Shown here piece by piece: positions 13,472-26,296 of a DNA stretch of 64,000 bases. The stretch's first letter is position 1. Each line of letters starts with the position of its first letter. The DNA comes from Anthoceros angustus (taxonomy: Eukaryota > Plantae > Anthocerotophyta): contig MU008160.1 in assembly GCA_010909165.1 (NCBI GenBank), positions 806,001 to 870,000 of the forward strand, written 5' to 3'. A model generated the notes under the pieces. That model was given only the letters and a program-made list of their open reading frames with translations, did not search any database and had not been told where the DNA came from. A program made the translations under genes and the position numbers.

Positions 13472-13938
13472 CCTTCAGGGACTGCTGTCGGAGATGAGGC
13501 TAACAACAAACATGGCAGATGCCCAGGTACTGCATGGCCACACCACCTGAAGAAAAGTGCATGCGGTTTACTGCATTTTGGCCAAACCTGTCTCGAGATT
13601 TGGTCAGCCCAGCCCTGTGGAGGCTGGGTGACATCGAGGAACAGTCGTCCAAAGCCAAAAGAATCCAGCCAAGTTGTCGAAGGCTAGTAGGGAAGATGTC
13701 ACTTGGATGCAGTCCCCAGGTCGAAAACCAGTCCGTGGGACTGAGAGATGATGTACATATGTGCCGGTCAAAATGACACCCTGTAATAAATGCAGGACGT
13801 GCATACCATGTATGGAAGGAAGGTGTTTGGAGAGCTCATGCCTTCTGGCTGAGAGTGTGAGTGGCCAGAGAATGAGCGCGGATTCAGCCATGCCCATCAG
13901 TGGTTGTCCGCCTCATCTTCCGACAGCGGTGTCTGAAC

Positions 13939-16310
13939 ATGGCCACAGTTTGGCAACGGATTGTCGTGGACCCAACAAATTGGTGACTGTGCAGGATTCT
14001 ACAGAGAGCTCCAGCTCTGGACCTGGAAACAACCAACCTCCAGGTGCTGCAGTGTAAGGAACCCAGCACCCAAGTTTGAGAAAATGTGTGGGGAAAGATT
14101 TTCCAGGGATGGTCGCCAGGAGCAGGAGCATCTTGTGGAAACATTTTTTCTGACCCTAGGTGGTGGGACAACAGACGAGATAAGAAGAGCACCCTGACTT
14201 CCGGCGTAAGAGGTCTGCCGGGAGGTCCTCTGGTTAAACGTATATGGCCAGCTTGGTGATGAGCAGTCCTGATACGCAGATGGGTCATGGTGCTCCTCCA
14301 AGTCGAGCTGTCCGGATAAGCGGAGCTCAGGCCAGCTCATGTCTGGCAGACAGACTGTTCTATTTCTTCGTCTCTGCTGTTGATGCAAAACTGTGTGAAA
14401 GAAGGATTTGCTGTGGGGACGAGTTCATGATCTCATTGTCAAACTTGGGTGCGAGTCGATGCATTCTTGGGAACCATCTTCTGCGCATGTATGCATGTGA
14501 GGTAGGCTACAGGAGGCCATGGATGTGTTCACCAGGGTGGCACCAGATGCCTTCATGTGGTTCCATCTGCATATGCTAAACATGGGAAACCAATGGGCCA
14601 TACAACTTTACCATCAGATGCGTAGGTCAGGGTGAAGGCGGATGCTCACGTGTTTGCAGCTGCCTTCGCTTGTGCATTGGCTGCCGACTTGAATCTGGCA
14701 GAAGTGCACTGTGATGTGCACAGTGGCATTCTCAACTTGTTTGTTGGCACCTGCCTGGTGGACATGTATGCAAATGTGGTGAACTGAAAGATGCACGCCA
14801 GGTTTTGACAGCATGGCCATAAAGGATGTGGTGACATGGACGGCCCTGCTTGATGGGTATGCAGCAAGGGCTGGCCAAGAGGCGCTTTTCTGTATGGGCA
14901 AAATGGAGCAGAGAGGCTGATTTTGGCCAACATATTACTGCTTGCCTTTTGAAGGCCTGTGCAAGCACTGGTGCCTTACAGAGGGCAGGCAGCTGATGCA
15001 GATGTGAAAAGAGGACTGCTCAATCACGGTTGGCCTGCACATGTATGCTGTGAACTGAAGATGCACTGGTTTTTGAGAGCTGCACATGTGGTGACATGGA
15101 CGTGTGGCTGAAAAATGCACTGAAGATGCACGCCAGGTTTTGACAGCATGGCCACAAAGGATGTGGTGACATGGACTGCCCTGATTGCTGGGTATGCAAC
15201 AGGCTCGAAGAGGCACTTCTTGTATGGACAAATGGAGCAGGAGGGCCTGTGGCTGACCATGTACTTTGCTCCCTTCTGAAGGCCTGTGCAAGCACTGGTG
15301 CCTTACAGAAGGGCAGCTGCACTCACAGATTGTGGAAAGAGGACTGCTGATAACATGTGGTTGGCACTGCCTGGTGGACATGTATGCAAAATGTGGTGTG
15401 GAATGCACGCCAGGTTTTGACAGCTTGGCCACAAAAGATGTGGTGACATGGAATGCCCTGATATCTGGGTATGGTACTTGGATGATGGTCACAGGCACTA
15501 GCTTGTTTTGAGGAGATGTTAGTTGCCGGTATTCAGCCTGATGCTACTTTACTTGCCTTTAGCATGCAGTCATGAGGGACTGGTACGAGGGTCGCAAGCA
15601 CTTTGATTCCATGGCTGAACAGCATGGCATCAACCTAATGTTGAGCATTACATTGCATGATTGATCTTCTTGGCGTGGGCCATTTAGATGAGGCAGAGAT
15701 GCTATTATCATGTGAGGCCAAAGTATGTTGGGGTTGATGTCTTTGCTGAATGCCTGCAAAAGTCACGGGATATAGAGAGGGCAAGGTGTTTTGAAAGCCT
15801 TTTGTTCTGCTGGACCTCCAGGCGTCAGCGTATGTGCTCATGGCCAATGCCTATGCAGATGCAGGTAGGTGGACCGATGTAGACAGGATTGAAACACAGA
15901 GAATGCGAGCAGGAGCTAACAAACAGCCTGCAGTGGCAAGCATTGAGGTGAATAAGCAGGTACATACATTCCTGGTGGGAGAAAGAAGAGAGGATATTGC
16001 GCTTAAGGTAGACAGCACGAATGTTCAACTGAAGCAGGAAGGAGGCCACCCCACACAAAGTTGGTGTTGAAGCCACTGTCGAGAAGGAAAAGGAAGATGC
16101 TTGTGGGCATGCTGAGAAGCTAGCTCTGGCGTTTGGTCTGTTGAACACCTGAGTGGACACCTCTGGTGGTAACAAAGAATCTACGCATGTGCAGTGACTG
16201 CCACAGTTCCACGGAGATCATGTCAAGGCTTGAAAAGAGAGACATTGTTGTAAGGATGGTATCGTGTGCATCGATTTGCAGCTGGTTGCAGTTGCAAGGG
16301 TCGACCGTGA
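13939..16310 (+). CDS. PPR-B: PLS-class PPR-DYW:KP-type protein ending GRP; heavily frameshifted as assembled
   Basis: Homologous to PPR-A from leader to stop; NKQPAVASIEV, HAEKLALAFG, CSDCH, tgc agt tgc aag ggt cga ccg tga. Confidence 0.85.
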
Positions 16311-17312
16311 GAAGGAAGAAGAATAGCCATGGCCGAGTGAATTTTGCTTTCTTCTGAGTTGAATGTCGGTTAACTCCATCCCTGTGCTAACTGAGACAGC
16401 GAATAGGTCTTCCACATAAAACCTCCTGCGACAGGGAAGATGATCTGATTATGGAGCAGGATCGTGCTTGTGTACGTTCACCGTGACGCAAAGATAGCTT
16501 GAGCCCATTGTGCAATGCAGCCGTGATCATATGCAGGATAATTGAAGAAAGGGATGCTCATGACATCAATGGCAATGTCAGAGTTTTGCCCAGTCTGCCT
16601 GGCCTGAGCGCCCGATTTCCATGAGGAAACTTGTTTGTGCGCATGTTGTAGCCTTCTGCTGGTGTTGAGCTGCAGTTCCAGCCGAGCTGACCAGGAAGAC
16701 CGGTTTGTTGAATCCATGGACCCAAAACGTAACGTTAACCATCGAATTGAAATTTGTGAACGATACGTATCGTACACACATGATACAAGGGTGAATGATC
16801 AAATGAACGTTAACGAAAGAATCTGTACTGCCAGTGGCATGAGTTGGGCCTGTCCCGTCGATTGACATGAACCATCGAAGCATCTGGCTTTTTGAGTGAT
16901 GCGTCTAGGAGAAGCCCAGATTGCTTAGTTGCTTCAGTCGGTAGCTATTGCTGAGAAAGCTCCAGAGATTGTTCCGCAAGACAAGGCTTCAGTATGTGGA
17001 TTTACGGAGAAAGAACAAGAGAATTGTTCCTGGTGCCAAGCAAATCAGGTTCCTCATGAGTCCTGATGCTATGTTGACACTGGGGTTATTGATGCCAATA
17101 TCTCCACTTGCCGCAATGAAGAGAGGTCGCCGCACGTGCTGCAACCTGAGTTCTACCACCACAAGACTTAGCATGGCTGTTGCAGTGCATTTGGAAGGAA
17201 GGTACACACTGAAGATCTGTCCACCCAGAGAATTAGGTGAATCCTGCCACCAGTTCCACCTCCTGAAGAAGAATAAGAAGAAATTTGTTGTGTGCATCCT
17301 CCTGAGTGTCAC

Positions 17313-19315
17313 ATGGCCACATTGTGGCATGGAGCCCGTGGACCCAGCAAAAGGAGTGTACAGGATTCTAGAGACCTCCGCTCACCCACCTGGGAGTCAA
17401 CCGCTGAGACAATCAAGCCCAGGTGCGGCGTGATGTAAGGAACCCAGCACTTGTTTTGAGAAAAGCGTGGGTAGGATTTTCCATGGTCGTCGAAAGGAGG
17501 ATAATTTTTGGCTACAAATGTTGCTGGACCATGGCATGTGCTGGGACAACAGTCGATAGGAAGAGCTTCGGCTGACTTCCGGCGTAAGGGCTCTGGTCGC
17601 GGTCCTCTGGTTATGCTACCTGGATAAGCAGCTGTTCTTTGATATGCAGATATATGGTGAGTCTCCTTCGAACTCGAGCTCATGAGCCTGACCTGGCAGT
17701 CGCAGGATCAAATTGGCATCGTATGGCCAACTGTGATCACGTTATGCCAGCAGAAGCTTACTGAGGCAGCCTGGAATCTCTGGCTCAGAGACTGTCCTAT
17801 TTGTCTCTGTTTTATACTGTGATAAACTGTGTACAGCTAAGAAGGATTTGTTCTGGACGAGTTCATGAGCTCACCACCAAACTTGGCTATGAGTCGAATA
17901 CATACAGGGAACCATCTGTTGCATGTATGCAAGTGGAGGTAGGCTACAGGAGGCTATGTTCACCAGGGTACGCAAACCAGATGCCTTCATGTGGTCTTCC
18001 ATAATCTCCGCATGTTAAACATGGGAAACCTAATGAGCCAGATCTGCACCATGAGATGCGTAGGTCAGGTGTGAAAGCGGATGCTCACGTTTTACAGCCT
18101 TCAAGCTTGTGCAGGCCAGACCTGAATCTGGCAGAGAAATGTGATGTGTGTACAGTGGCATTTCGCTCCTTGTTTGTTGGCAGCCTGGTACATGCAAAAT
18201 GTATAACTGGAAGCTGCACGTCAGGTTTGACAAAGCCACAAAAATGTCATGATGCAATGCCCTCACAGCTGGGTATGCAAATAGTGGCGACCTGAAAGGT
18301 GCACGAGGGTCTTGACATCTCACAAAGGATGTGGTAACATGGACAGCCCTGATTGCTGGGTATGTAGCATGGCCTTGGCCAAGAGGCGCTTGTTCTGTAC
18401 AGAGAAATGGAAAAGGAGGGCATCATTGTGGCTGACCTGAAGATTCTGCTGCCTTCTGAAGGCCTGTGGAATGCTGGGCCCTACAGAAGGGCAGGCAGCT
18501 GCACTCGCAGATTGTGGAAAGAGGACTGCTAGATAACCCATGGTTGGTACCTGCCTGGTAGACATGTATGCAAAATAGAACTGGCAGATGCACGCACATT
18601 TTTAACAGCTTATTAAAGGATGTTGTGTCATGGACACACTGATATCTGTTGGGTATGGTAATTTGTGATGAGGTCACAACGAGCTGCTTAGGATGCTGGT
18701 TACGGTATTCAGCCTGACGGTTACATTTACTTGTTTTGTTGCTTGCAAATGAGGGACTGCATGAAGGTAAGCACTTTGATTCCATGTTTGCAGCACAGCA
18801 TCCAACCTACTGTTGAGCATACAATCTGATTGATCTTCTTGGTCAGGCCATTTAGACAGAAATGCTTTTATGATCATAATGAGTCTGCTGATGCCTACCA
18901 GCACTTTTACAACATGTCACCTATGCAGATGCATAGGTGGACCATGTAGAGAGTTGAAGCACAGAGAATATCAGGATTGAAGAAACCCAGAAGCAGGCAT
19001 TGAGGAATAGCAGGTGCATACACATGTGGAGAAAGGACAGATGACATTCAAAGGTAGAGAGCACAAACGCTGAAGGAGGAAAGGCTACATGCCCAGACAA
19101 AGTTGGTGTTGACTGCTGGACAAAAGCATGAGCATGCTGAGAAGCTAGCCATGGCTGGTCTCCTGAACACCCAGGGACACCTTGATGGTAACAAGAATCC
19201 TTTGTGCAGTGACTGCCACAGTTCCACGGAGATTATGTCAAGTTGAAAGGAGAAGTTGTGAAGGGATGTATCTGTACATCATTTGCATGTTGTTGCAGTT
19301 GTAGGTCGCCCGTGA
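17313..19315 (+). CDS. PPR-C: shorter PPR-DYW:KP paralog (about one triplet fewer); the most degraded, may be a pseudogene
   Basis: Same leader (atggccaca..gtggacccagc), WTALIAGY, KKP, HAEKLA, CSDCH and a GRP-like end ggtcgcccgtga. Confidence 0.75.
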
Positions 19316-19641
19316 GATGAAAAGTGACAGTGCTAAAGTGAGCATTACTTCTCAAGAGGTGAGCATGCCTGCTTAATTCCATCCTGTGTAAACTGTGATG
19401 AGACAACGATTCTCACAGTTGTAGGAAATCTGGGTCTTTATCTCTTCCCTGTATGTACACAAGTTCCGTGAGGAAAGGCAGCCCAGGACTGATGAAGTGA
19501 GAATGCAGCAGGATGGTTGATATCCAATATTCGTCCAAGAAATGGATGGAGATGCTTCATGGCGGCATGTCAAGAAGCCTCACCCAACTATGATTGCCAC
19601 CCTGGCAAAATATGGACACCTGCTTGGGTAATGAAGTGAAT

Positions 19642-19750
19642 CCAGAGTGTACCCAACAACCATGGTGGCAAATATTGGTGGCCTGCCTGTAACGGAAGGA
19701 ACCAGAGAGAGGTACCCAACAACCATGGTGGCAAATATTCAGGCCTGCTT
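19642..19750 (+). repeat. Two-copy direct repeat, period about 63 bp
   Basis: tacccaacaaccatggtggcaaatatt at 19650 and 19713. Confidence 0.85.
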
Positions 19751-20846
19751 GGGAAACTAAATTCACTGGGAGTACTTGAGAACGACACCCGGGCACTGGC
19801 GGTCCGCTAGGTGTATTAACAGATTGGGGCATTTTAGTAACGACTGCCTGTTGGTCAGTTAACGACGGTCAATTATATTTTACATTCTGAATTATAATAA
19901 GAATGGCCTAAATAAGTATATCTGAATAATAAATAATTTTAATCTTACTGGTTATCCATTAAAGCGTAAGCTTTCGAAGAGGTTGTAATTATACATATTT
20001 ATGTTAAACCTTCGAGGCCCAGTCATAAAGATGGGTCATGCTTGGCTGTACATGAACACCGAGAATGTTTAGATAAGGTCCGGTGTGCCAGCCTAAGCTA
20101 CATATGTACGGAAATTAGCACAAAAGGCTTGAACCGCTGAGGCGGCCAGGTTGGCTTTCTCCTCGATTTTGTGAATCCCAACCTCAGAACCTGGCTGAGC
20201 CTGCGAGGACTCGGCTTGCATGCGTGCCAGACTGATTCCAACGTGTATGCAATGACTGGAGCATACCCATGAATAGAAGAAGAAGAGAATTTATTGAAGT
20301 CACAAGGAGGATTTCCGTCATGGGACTTGGTACTTAACAACCATGGTGTGCCTAAGCTACTTGCTGCACCAAGGGCATCCACCCTTTAGGCACCCCAGCG
20401 ATCCAAGCTCAGGATGCTTAATCACGGCGTTTTATAAATGTGTCCATTTGCCCAGCCATTTGGACAAGGGTAAGCAAGTGCCCTAGATTGTCACCGCGAT
20501 TCACGCGCCGATCATACATGCTGGAGGAACAAATGCAGGGCTTAGCAAAATTGCCGGACAGGTCCTATACCCGACATGCCAGAGGCCATTGAGCATCCTG
20601 TCCCTCGTTCACAGTTCCAAATGTCCGGATATCACATCATGGCTTGCCTTTCGATCAGCTCCGAGCTGCCTTTCCTCATGATACTGTTACACAGAAGATT
20701 CATTAAACCAGATTTTCCCGTCACAGAAAAGGTGACAATCCGTTTCAGCGATGCCGCTGTCTCAAACAGGATGAAAGTGCATACTCACGTCTTGAAAGAC
20801 AGCAACATTCTCTCCGTCCAAACTTGAGCACTGGCACAACGTCTTC

Positions 20847-23351
20847 TCACGGACGGCCTTTACAACTGCAACAACCCAGCTGCGAATCGATGCACACGGT
20901 ACCCATCCCTTACAACAATGTCTCTGTTCAAGCCTTGACATGATCTCCGTGGAACTGTGGCAGTCACTGCACATGCGTAGATTCTTCGTTACCACCAGAG
21001 GTGTCCCACCGGAGTGTTCAAGAGACCAAACGCCAGAGCTAGCTTCTCAGCATGCCCACAAAGCATCTTCCTTTTCCTTCTCAGACAGTGGCTTCAACAC
21101 CAACTTTGTGTGAGGCATGTGGCCCCTTCCTGCTTCAGTGCATTCGTGCTCTCTACCTTAGCGCAATATCCTCTCTTCTCCCACCAGAAATATGTACCTG
21201 CTTCACCTCAATGGTCGCCACTGCAGGTTTCTTGTTAGCTCCTGCTACCTTCTCTGTGTTTCAATCCTGTCTACATCGGTCCACCTACCTGCATCTGCAT
21301 AGGCATTGGCCATGAGCACATAGGCGGTGCCTTGAGGGTCCAGCCTAACAATGCTTTCAAAACACCACATGCCCTCTCTATATCCCCGTGACTTTTGCAG
21401 GCATTCAACAAAGACGTCAAGCCCACAACATTACCCTCACATGATATAGCATCTGCCTCATCTAAATGGCCTGCACGCCCAAGAAGATCAATCATGCAAT
21501 TGTAATGCTCAGTAGGTTTGATGCCATGCTGTTCAGCCATGGAATCAAAGTGCTTGACCCTCATGACCAGTCCTCATGACTGCATGCTACAAAAGGCAAG
21601 TAAAAGTAGCATCATCAGGCTGAACACCGGCAACTAACATCTCCTCAAAACAAGCTAGTGCCTTGTGACCTTCATCACAAGCACCATACCCAGATATCAG
21701 GGCGTCCATGTCACCACATCTGGCCATGTCAAAAACCTGGCGTGCATCTTCCAGTTCACCACATTTTGCATACATGTCCACCAGGCAGTTGCCCAACACT
21801 ACGTTATCCAGCAGTCCTCTCACAATCTGTGAGTGCAGCTGCCTGCCCTTCTGTAAGGCACCAGTGCTTGCACAGGCCTTCAGAAGGCAAGCAAAAGTAA
21901 CATCAGCCAAAATCAGGCCCTCCTGCTCCATTTGTCCATACAGAACAAGCGCCTCTCCGAGTCCTTGCTGTGCATACCCAGCAATCAGCATTCCATGTCA
22001 CCACATCCTTTTGGCCAAGCTGTCAAAAACCTGGCGTGCATCTTCCAGTTCACCACATTTTGCATACATGTCCACCAGGCAGTGCCACCACACGTCATCC
22101 AGCAGTCCTCTTTCAACAATCTGTGAGTGCAGCTGCCTGCCCTTCTGTAAGGCACCAGTGCTTGCACAGGCCTTCAGAAGGCAAGCAAAAGTGGTCAGCC
22201 AAAATCAGGCCCTCCTGCTCCATTTGTCTACACAGAACAAGCGCCTCTGGCCCAAACCCTTGCTGTGCATACCCAAAATCAGGGCATTCCATGTCACCAC
22301 ATCCTTTGTGGCTGTGTCAAAAACCTGGCGTGCATCTTTCAGTTCGCCACATTTTGCATACATGTCCACCAGGCAGTTGCCAACAAACAAGTTATTAGGA
22401 ATGCCACTGCAACACATCACAGTGCACTTTTCTGCCAGATTCCAAGTCGGCGGCAAATGCATGCTTGAAGGGCAGCTACAAAGACGTGAGCATCCGCCTT
22501 CACTCCTGACCTACGCATCTCATGGTACAGTTGTATGGCCTCCTTAGGTTTCCCATGCTTAGCATGCAGAGATTATGGAAAACCACATGAAGGCATCTGG
22601 TTGCCCACCCTGGTGAACACATCCATGGCCTCCTGCAGCCTCCACATGCATACATGCGCAAGATATGGTTCCCCAAGTATGCATTCGACTCGTACCCAAG
22701 TTTGACAGTGAGATCATGAACTCGTCGCCCCACAACCAATCCTTCTTAGCTGCACACAGTTTTAGCACAGTGTAAAACAGAGACTGAGAAAGCAGAGTCT
22801 GTCTGCGCCAGAGATTCCAGGGCTCCAACGGCCTCAGAAAGCTTCCCTGCTGACATAACACGGTTCCAGCCGTTACGACGCCCATTTCCAACCCTGCACG
22901 TCTGCCAGGCTCACGCTTATCCGGAGAGCTCGACTTGGAAGGAGAGGCACCATAACCCATCTGCATATTCAAAGAAACCAGCTGTTCATCCACCCAAGCT
23001 GGCTTGAACAAGTTGTTTAAGCAGAGGACCTCGCCGCCTGACCCCTTACAGCGGAAGTCAGGCCAACGCGAGCTCTTCTTACCTCGCCTGCTGTCCCACC
23101 ATATGGTAGGGTCCAGAAAATTGTTGCCACAAGTGCTCCTGCTGGTGACGACCATCGCTCGACAATCCTTCCCCACCGAGACATTTTCTCACAAGTGGAT
23201 GGGTTCCTTACACTGCTGAACCTGCAGCCGGAGGCGGCTTGTTTGCCGGTTGACTCCCTAAGGTGAGGTGAGCGGGAGCTCGTCCTAGCATCCTTGTACA
23301 CTGACCAGTTTGTTGGGTCCACAACGAATCTGGTTGCCATACTGTGGCCAT
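20847..23351 (-). CDS. PPR-D: PLS-class PPR-DYW:KP protein ending GRP; frameshifts may be sequencing errors
   Basis: ORF-track fragments LIAGYAQQGLGEAL...VQPDDATFTCLL, HYNCMIDLLGRAGHLDEA and KNLRMCSDCHSSTEIMSRL; NKKPAVATIEV; CSCKGRP stop. Confidence 0.9.
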
Positions 23352-26296
23352 GTCACTGCATCACCTCGGACTACCTAGGTTGAGGCAGAATTGGGCTATT
23401 TCTCTGGCATCAGCCAGAGAGCATGAGCTTCATGCACCCTTCACTTCAGACAACCCAACCACCTGACTGCCTGTTATTATTCGTGGAGTGAAACTCCATC
23501 CCAGCAGCAGCGAGGCGGGCGAGCTATTCCCTGATGGACTGGTTTATCGCTTCTAGGATTTTCACGTTCTTGACCTCCTCCGCACGCTGTAGGCAGTATC
23601 AGAGACCTTCCTTGTCAGGTTACGTAGTTAGTGCAGTCCTCGCTTGACAAGTGCCAGTCCGTCCTTTCTTGCATCCCAGTCCCTAGGCAAGACCTCAAGG
23701 TAATGCACGATACGGTATCCACGATTATTAAAGGATTAGTTGGTATCGTATATACCATGAAATACTACCTAATACTTAAACGACTATGATCTAAACTAGA
23801 AAAGATAAGAAGTTAATATATGATGTGTCGGTCACTTCACGTGTGTTGGCCCGACACTTCACACATGTGTGTGGCTTGTTCTAAGAAGTGCCAAGATCAA
23901 TACACTTAGCTTGATACGAACAACAACACATCAACAACAAAATAAAGTGGGTCCTTGAACCTGACTTGACTTGAGAAATTTGTGTGTCTATATTCTAATG
24001 TTTGCATGCTTTCTCGAACAGTCATATCTTGGTTTCGATAAATAAGAAGCAGAGAGTATTTAATTTTATGAGTCAGCTTTAGTATTCTTAAGCCCTTTTT
24101 GAATGATTTTGTCGATAATTATTAATATTAATAAATGCTCAGTCGAGATAGCCACCAAACTTCTAGGAGCTTGCTCCAGATACCCTTGCATATAGTGTGG
24201 ATACAAAAACTCTACACCAAAGATTCGGACTAGTGAAACAAGATCAAAAAAAGATGAAAAGTTAAAAGAGGTAAAACTAATTAAATAGCTACTATGTTAA
24301 GAAGATGCATGTGTTGCATGCTTCATGCAATCTCTTAGTAGAGAAGAATTTCCGCATCCATTAATAAAGAGCTGCCTAGAGAGGACTCTTAGTGATGAGT
24401 GGTTTGCAAGAATTCCCAAAAGTAGCAACCGCCTAGTAGAGGCGAGCTTACAACCCATGATATATATATAAGGGCTAGAACAAGAGTTTAAAGGTATTCA
24501 TTCTACATTGCAAGCCTTGTGTGTGAGAGTTGTGAAGAGCCTAGCTAGTGAACGTGTCCTTAAGTCAAGGGTAGTAGTCGCATGTGAGATGCCCAAACTC
24601 AAGTGTGTATTCTCAGGAATTAAGAGCGCGCCTTGAGTATGTGGTTTTCGAGTTATTAGTTAATGGTGGGCTAACTGAGCCCGTGCTGCCAGTGAGGTTG
24701 AGAGTGCCAGAGTTGGTGCATGTCTCTAAACAAGAGTGAATTGACGAGGTCCTAGGCCACACCGAAGCTAGTCTTGTCGCTTAATCTTTACTAGCCGCGT
24801 AGTAAGGCGCATTAGACTCCTTACTATTGCAATATTACCTAATTCTCATATTCTCTGACGGTAATCGCTTATCTTGTGGAAAATTGATCTTTACTATATA
24901 TGCTACATAGGGATGAGTGCAAAATATAAACACATCAATCATCGCCTTATCTTGTGGGAAACATTTCATAGAGCATTCTAGGTGTTGGCTTCCCTATACA
25001 TGGCTAGTATGAGGTCTATTAAGGCGTCATCGCTTGTAAATGATATTGACCTTGGCCAACTTTTTCCATCGAACCCATGTGCCAAAATCAAGTCTCCCAA
25101 GTTGAAAGACTGTGGGAAATTGAATTTGGGGTCCACCATGAAATTCCATATACATCTTTGTCCTCAAGTCCTATAGAGGACCATATGAAAGAAGCACAAG
25201 GAACACTTACCCTCGTGGCTCTAGAGAGATTTGGACAAAAGCAACACAGTTTGCTCATGGGTGCCATTCAAGTATTGTTGCCAGGTGGCTTGCACATAAA
25301 CTACGTTCGTGAGATGTTCTATCTAGCTGTCCACAAAAATATCGCGGAAGTAGTGAGGAAAAGAACCCATCGATTCCGTGAATGGATCGCCTAAGTAAAA
25401 CCAGTAGAAGAAAATGACTGAAGACTACCTTCCCGAGATCCGCTATCTAGCATGCATGAAGAATATCGTGGAAGAGGCATAGAAGACAACCCTCGATGCC
25501 ATGGAAACAAGGCTTGGTAACCTTGGACACTCCAAAGTTTACTTAATTTGCGAATCTCGTAATCTAAAAGCTTTGTGCCTATATTTGAAAACAGGCTACA
25601 AATAATCGAATGTTTCAAGAGGATGGTGAAGGAGGCTACATAATTATAAAAATAACTCAAATTTTGATGAAGAGACAAAAGAAATATTTGTTTGGAGGGG
25701 AGATGAATGACGATAGGCCAAGGATGAAGATACAAGTGAAATAGGCGAACATGACGAACATGCGAAAAATCAAAATATTTTTGTTTAAGAAAATAATACA
25801 TTCAATCGCAATGCAACAAAGAACTCTATAGATTGACACATTTTTATATCATTCCTTAGTTTCCAGCACATCTAGACACAACGTATTTTGTACCATTGGA
25901 GTCAAAAATAAAAGTTTATAATTATAAAGTTGAACACAATTGTAAACAGTGTGACTATAATGGATTCATAACAGGCAGTTAAAACGATCGAGGACGGGAT
26001 GAACAATTGAACAAACGATCCAGATGGATGAATTGTCCACACCAAGAGATTAAGATCAGTATCAAGGTGAACACTTATCATGTTATAGGTTGTTGTATTT
26101 GATAATACCCATAGATTGAGGTATTTAGTCGAGAGTGTTTTATTGAGAGAAAAAGTGATGGATTGTGGAGTGCGAGCTCCTCCAGCTTGATTTGTGTTTT
26201 TGTGGTATTTTCCTTTCTCTTTTAAAAGGACCATGTGAAAATAAAAGATAGGGCGAACACAATGTGGATTAGCACAAAAAGCGCATTTAGTGGACA

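Noticed and set aside
16948-17433. 161-aa ORF upstream of PPR-C as a separate gene
   Set aside because: Its 3' end runs into the PPR-C leader, the equivalent region is not an ORF in the other paralogs, and it has no recognisable motif.
10969-23351. Calling the four PPR genes pseudogenes
   Set aside because: 1-2 bp indels occur everywhere in the window and at different positions in each paralog, while catalytic motifs and stops are conserved. Sequencing error cannot be excluded, so their status is left open.
24100-24900. Possible solo LTR (TATA-like run, LTR-like composition)
   Set aside because: No TG...CA ends, TSD, PBS or second copy could be identified.
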